From the NCBI GenBank assembly GCA_977016875.1, contig CDRNST010000006.1, positions 6,448,001 through 6,512,000 on the forward strand: 64,000 bases of DNA, in the 5' to 3' direction. The notes under the pieces were generated by a model. It saw only the letters and a list, made by a program, of their open reading frames with translations, was not told the DNA's origin and did not search any database. Position 1 is the first letter of the stretch, and the number at the start of each line of letters is the position of its first letter. Both the position numbers and the translations under genes were made by a program. This document shows positions 59,442 through 64,000 of the stretch, one piece after another. The DNA is from Pavona decussata. Taxonomy: Eukaryota.

Positions 59442-61060
59442 ATTACTCCTTGGATGAATTTCCATTGTTGTATCTTGTGTATGTATTACAATTTGGGGCA
59501 GAATTCTAATTACATTTTGCCTGAGTATTACATGTTTACGTCAGTGATTATTACATTTTCTGGCGTAACCCTGTGGTCCAGTAACACTGCCTAAATCTCC
59601 TACCATGAGTTGGTACTAATATCGCATCATCAGCAAACAAGATGGCGGTCGGACTTCATAGTCGCATTCAAACAGAACCGTCTGTAGTGGTAATGACTAG
59701 TCTAAGGCTAAGTAATATCGATGAAAGCGACGACGATGCTGCTTTATTTTGTCAAAACGAAATCACCCAGCTTTGGAACGCGATTCATTCACTAAGTCGA
59801 AACTGATACCAAACAGTCGAACTATCAGCTTGATTGGCAGGTTCAATCACATGGACCGTTTTACACGTTACACTTTGTAGGCCGATTTCTTTTTCAGTTG
59901 ATGCAGTGCGAGGTGGACGCAAAAGATTTGTAGCACTGGCGGAGATGTTGTCGTCCGCTCACTCACTTTCTTTGCCAAGTTGGACCAAATAGGCCCGATT
60001 AATCTATCAGTCTTAACTTGAAGATGTATTGAGAGTAAGCTTCCTGGTAGAATTAGGAATGTAAGTGGAAATCCAATTAGGAAAACAACCTAACACTATC
60101 TCATGGGAGGCTGAAATGTTAGAGAATCGCAACAAAATTGAGCCTGATGAAACGGATATTGTTTTAAAGCTACAAACTAGACCTAGATGAAACAAAAAGG
60201 TCGCAACCCTCCGTGCTCGCTGGCAAATATACCGGCTATAAATTAAGGGCGCAGAATTTAAAAGCAGATTAATGGGGTTTCTTGCCTCTGTCTAGAATTA
60301 TGAACTCCAAACCCTTCGGACCTGACACCGGTTTTTCAAAGAGTGGACAATGTAATACAACGGAGGATAAGTTGCTATTCAGAGGATAAAGTGTATTAGT
60401 TTGGTCACTTGGAGTACATCCGTTTATCCGCTGGATAGCGGTTTATTCACTGGATGAAGTTATCCGCTCTTTGAACAACCCCGGGGCCTGAAGACTGATT
60501 TATGACGTTCGCCGTCTTCCTTTCCACTTTGCCACAGAAATATTTTTTCACTACTGAAACCAAACGAAAACGAGTCCTGATCACATGTTCTACTTGATAG
60601 CTTTATTTTCACACCTTATCAAGAATATCAATATATCATTTTGATGTTTAGATATTTTGCAATTTTAACATGAATTTTTCCGATGCCTCTGATGATCCTG
60701 GTGACGAAGAACAAATTTGAGTCTTTCTGATCACTGAGCTGATCACTTAAAATTTCACCCTTTGAGTGAAGTTTATACACCTGTGATTCTCATCTGAATA
60801 ACGAAGCTATGCGTTAGAATAAAAATGTTTCCGTTTTATAATAATGTTTTTATAATATTTATAGCGATAGTTCAATTCTGTTACTTGGCTTCACCTTGAG
60901 CTCTTTGGAATTTAACGACTTCCGACATCTCCGACATGGACAGACGACAGAAATCAAAATTACGTTTACTTTACTTAACCTATTAAATATATAGCGGCAA
61001 CGTATGCTAAAAAGTCCTTCTAATGTTGTGTCTGTTGGTGTTATTGATTGCGGCCTGCTT

Positions 61061-63400
61061 TGTTGATTCCAGTTTCCTGGCGTAAGCCGTTCATTATAAC
61101 GGCGTTTAACTATGTTTGTGGCGAAACTTTTGAACAATTTCCAAGAACGTGGTTCAGTAATAATTTGGATAGGTGACGTGATATAATTTGGTACCAGGCA
61201 ATGAAGTGTTAGCGAAATTTCGGTCGACATTTATCGTACTCGTATTCGAAATTATAGGGAATATTTCATATTTATCCAAGTATATTTTATGGCTTTTAAA
61301 AGGTTGTGTTATTATTGGTTCTATCATATATCGTTCAATTAGTAAGAGCAATGGTTTTCGTTTTAGCTTTTCAGTAAATTGCCAAGTTGTTCAAAAGATC
61401 TTGAAAAGCTTATATTGCTTGTTACTAAAGGGAAAATAATTAGAAAAGCCTACAGTAGCTATACAAGGTATTATTTTTAAGTTATCTTTTTAAGACCTGA
61501 ATAAGGTTAATCAACTTAGAGGTTCTAGAAGTGTTGTTTGAAGTAAACAGGTTTCGTTATAACAGTTTGACTTTCAAGAAATAAACTACTGTTGGAACCA
61601 AAAGTTAAGATGCCATCCAGTTGCGGCTAGATCTTGGTACCTTGAGGGAGTGACGACCCTTTCTCGCAAGCGAGCTCTCCTTTGAGTTAACCTTCCCAAA
61701 GAATTGTCGCAGAAGTTTCCCGTTGGAGTACAGAATAGCCCGTAACGTTCCCGTTTGCTTAGAGTGGAAAAACCTCCCGTCACAAAAGAATGGGCGATTA
61801 AGGAAAAGGAAAAAGAAAACTGACGGAAAAAAATTAAGCTAATTATTTTGAACATTTTCGATCATATACCCAATTCACAAAATCCTGAGATACTCAGCTA
61901 GGCTTTAGTTTACTGTCGTGTTACTACAGCCGGAGAACACTTGTGTGAACATAACGTAAGGTGGGTGGAGGGGGCCAGGCCGCCTTTACCTTTTCCTTTA
62001 GTATCGAGGTCGCCATGAAAACCACTCTATTGTATAACTTTGAATGTAATTATAGTAAAGGTCACATTTAAATACATAGAAACCTGAAATAAGCTGCTAC
62101 TTGATATCACATGCACAGCATGTCGACGTTTTATTGCGTCCTTGATGATTTGTGTACTTAAGACTCAAAATTGAAACAGCTTGCGTTGAAGGTTTGCACA
62201 GGTTTCCTGTTGGTTTACAAGCATGATTCCCTCCGAGTTCCATTCAGCCATTTCATGTGGCACTCGTTCAGACAAAAAAGGACAATTGATTACATTTTAT
62301 AATTGCCAACAGCCAATCAAATTCAGACAAGGGTAAAAAAAAAGAAAAAAAAGAAAGTCATGAAATATTGAAAGGCCAAACTTCGTGATCGTTTGAACCT
62401 TGCTGGTGGCGGAAAGGTAAGTTGAAATGGAATGCTCAATTTTCCTCTTGCTTTAAATAGTTCTTAAGTATGGGCTGGTCGCTGCAAACTTGCTCATTTT
62501 AATTACTGTGTCAAATAGTGAAGAGACCGACAGCCATAGTCTGCATTAGTAAAGTTTTGACGGCATGAGGGACATTTGCGGGAATATGAACACAGTAAAC
62601 AGTTTGCTGGGGAGCCTATGAATTTGTATCGAACTAAAATAGGACGTCTGTCAAGAAAGTTAAAAACACTGGTGATGGTTCGTTTATCCACCATGCACTC
62701 GACCAGTAAGTCGGACATTTACAAAAATTATTCCGCATATAAATTATAATAATAATCAATTGATATAGTGCTAATACTATAAATAATATTCAAAAGCGCT
62801 TTACATTCAGTACTAATCACAAATTAAAAGCTTTCCTAAAAAGAAATGTTTTCAGTTGTTTTCTAAAAATGGCGAGACTGCTACTGGTTCTGATTGATAA
62901 TGGCAGCGAGTTCCATAAGACAGGATCAGCATGAACGAAGGCACGATCCCCCAAGTGTAGAGCGGTTGACTTTTGGGATGAACAGAAGACATTGTTTGGA
63001 CGAGCGAAGAGTATTCGCCGGAGTGCTTAGTGAATGAGAATTGCATAGTTGATTCCAGTTTCCGGGTATAAGCCGTTCATCAAAGCGGCGTTTAACGATG
63101 TTTGCGGTGAAAATTTTGTAAATTCCCAAGAACGTGGCTCAGTAATAATGTCGATAGGTGACGTGTATAATGTGGTGCTAGGCAATGAAGAGAAAAATAT
63201 GGGCGATTAAGGAAAAGGGAAAAATTCAACTGACGGGAAAAAATTAAGCTAATTATTTTGAACATTTTCGATCGTATACCCAATTTACAAAATCCTGAGA
63301 TACTCAGCTACGCTCTAGTTTACTGTTGTCTTTCTGCAACTGGATTAAAAGATTGTGATCCCAAGTAAACAAAGTGAATACTTGTGTTAACATAACATAA
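61061..63400 (+). repeat. Local segmental duplication blocks (61061-61210 ~ 63048-63190; 61790-61955 ~ 63199-63400)
   Basis: gttgattccagtttcc...ccaagaacgtgg(t/c)tcagtaataat and atgggcgattaaggaaaagg...cctgagatactcagcta each occur twice; the blocks are adjacent in the second copy. Confidence 0.75.
62800..63047 (-). mobile_element. L2-type LINE 3' end fragment
   Basis: TLRSSKQCLLFIPK...TLGG motif, then a WNxLP-like segment and aagcgcttttgaata in the tail. Confidence 0.55.
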
Positions 63401-64000
63401 CCACACAAAGAAAGCTGTTTTACCTGCATGTAAAGTGTTAGTGCCGCGAATAGCGTCAGCCCTCTCAAATGTAAACACATGAACTTTGACTACATCGCTT
63501 TAAAGTAAAAAAATAAACGTTTATAATAAAAAGAAAGAACATCGCAGGAATTTTATAGCTTTTAAAAGCATATTTCAAATTTTTGGAACTGAAGTGAACG
63601 TGCTTCTGAGATAAGACATAGCTGACTTGCTTCTAATTTACATCCTTTTGTTAACGTAGACATTAACACAATTTATGCAGTCTGTATCCGGCAGCCGACA
63701 CAAAAGAGCGATGTTTCAAATATTCCTTCGATATAAAAAATTTCAATCTTGCGTACAAGCAAACTAAATGCACTTGCGTACAGAAATTAATTTAATTATC
63801 ATGACACGCATATTGATTTCTCTAAGGCATTTTCTCCAGTGTCTTGTATGTGAAAATTTGGACGCCACTAATCGAGAATTTCTCGGTCCACCCCCAATGG
63901 AAACTGCCAAGAATGTGCAGTTTTAATTTCATTTAACACCCCTTTAAACGTAACTTGATCCCTGCTGATAGCTGTAATTATAAATACATTGGGTGAAAAA

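Overview
AT-rich, intron-containing eukaryotic DNA. Gene content and repeat types point to an anthozoan, most likely a stony coral (inference). Host genes reconstructed by hand: (1) a single-coding-exon protein with a likely mitochondrial presequence and six 38-40 aa OPR/FASTK-like helical repeats, no RAP domain (5752-6957, -); (2) an ADP-ribosylglycohydrolase (ARH/DraG family) with about 8 coding exons (19327-27957, -); (3) a decayed glycoside-hydrolase (GH5-like) 3' fragment (31435-32000, -); (4) an intronless NPC2/ML-domain sterol carrier (35016-35468, +); (5) a multi-exon alpha-carbonic anhydrase with intact Zn ligands (48561-52824, +). The rest is dense with transposon relics: a Crypton-type tyrosine-recombinase element, an internally deleted piggyBac, a hAT-like element with a 5-bp TSD, a solo LTR, a Gypsy gag fragment, CR1/L2 LINE ends, Penelope-like remnants with hammerhead motifs, tRNA-derived SINE-like repeats and many fold-back MITEs. 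The most notable pattern: the Crypton element and at least two short non-coding elements of unrelated sequence share an end architecture A...A'-B-hairpin-B'. The internal A'B segment is the reverse complement of the would-be circle junction, which suggests recombination on folded single-stranded DNA. All coordinates were read by eye and may be off by a few bases; no database searches were run.
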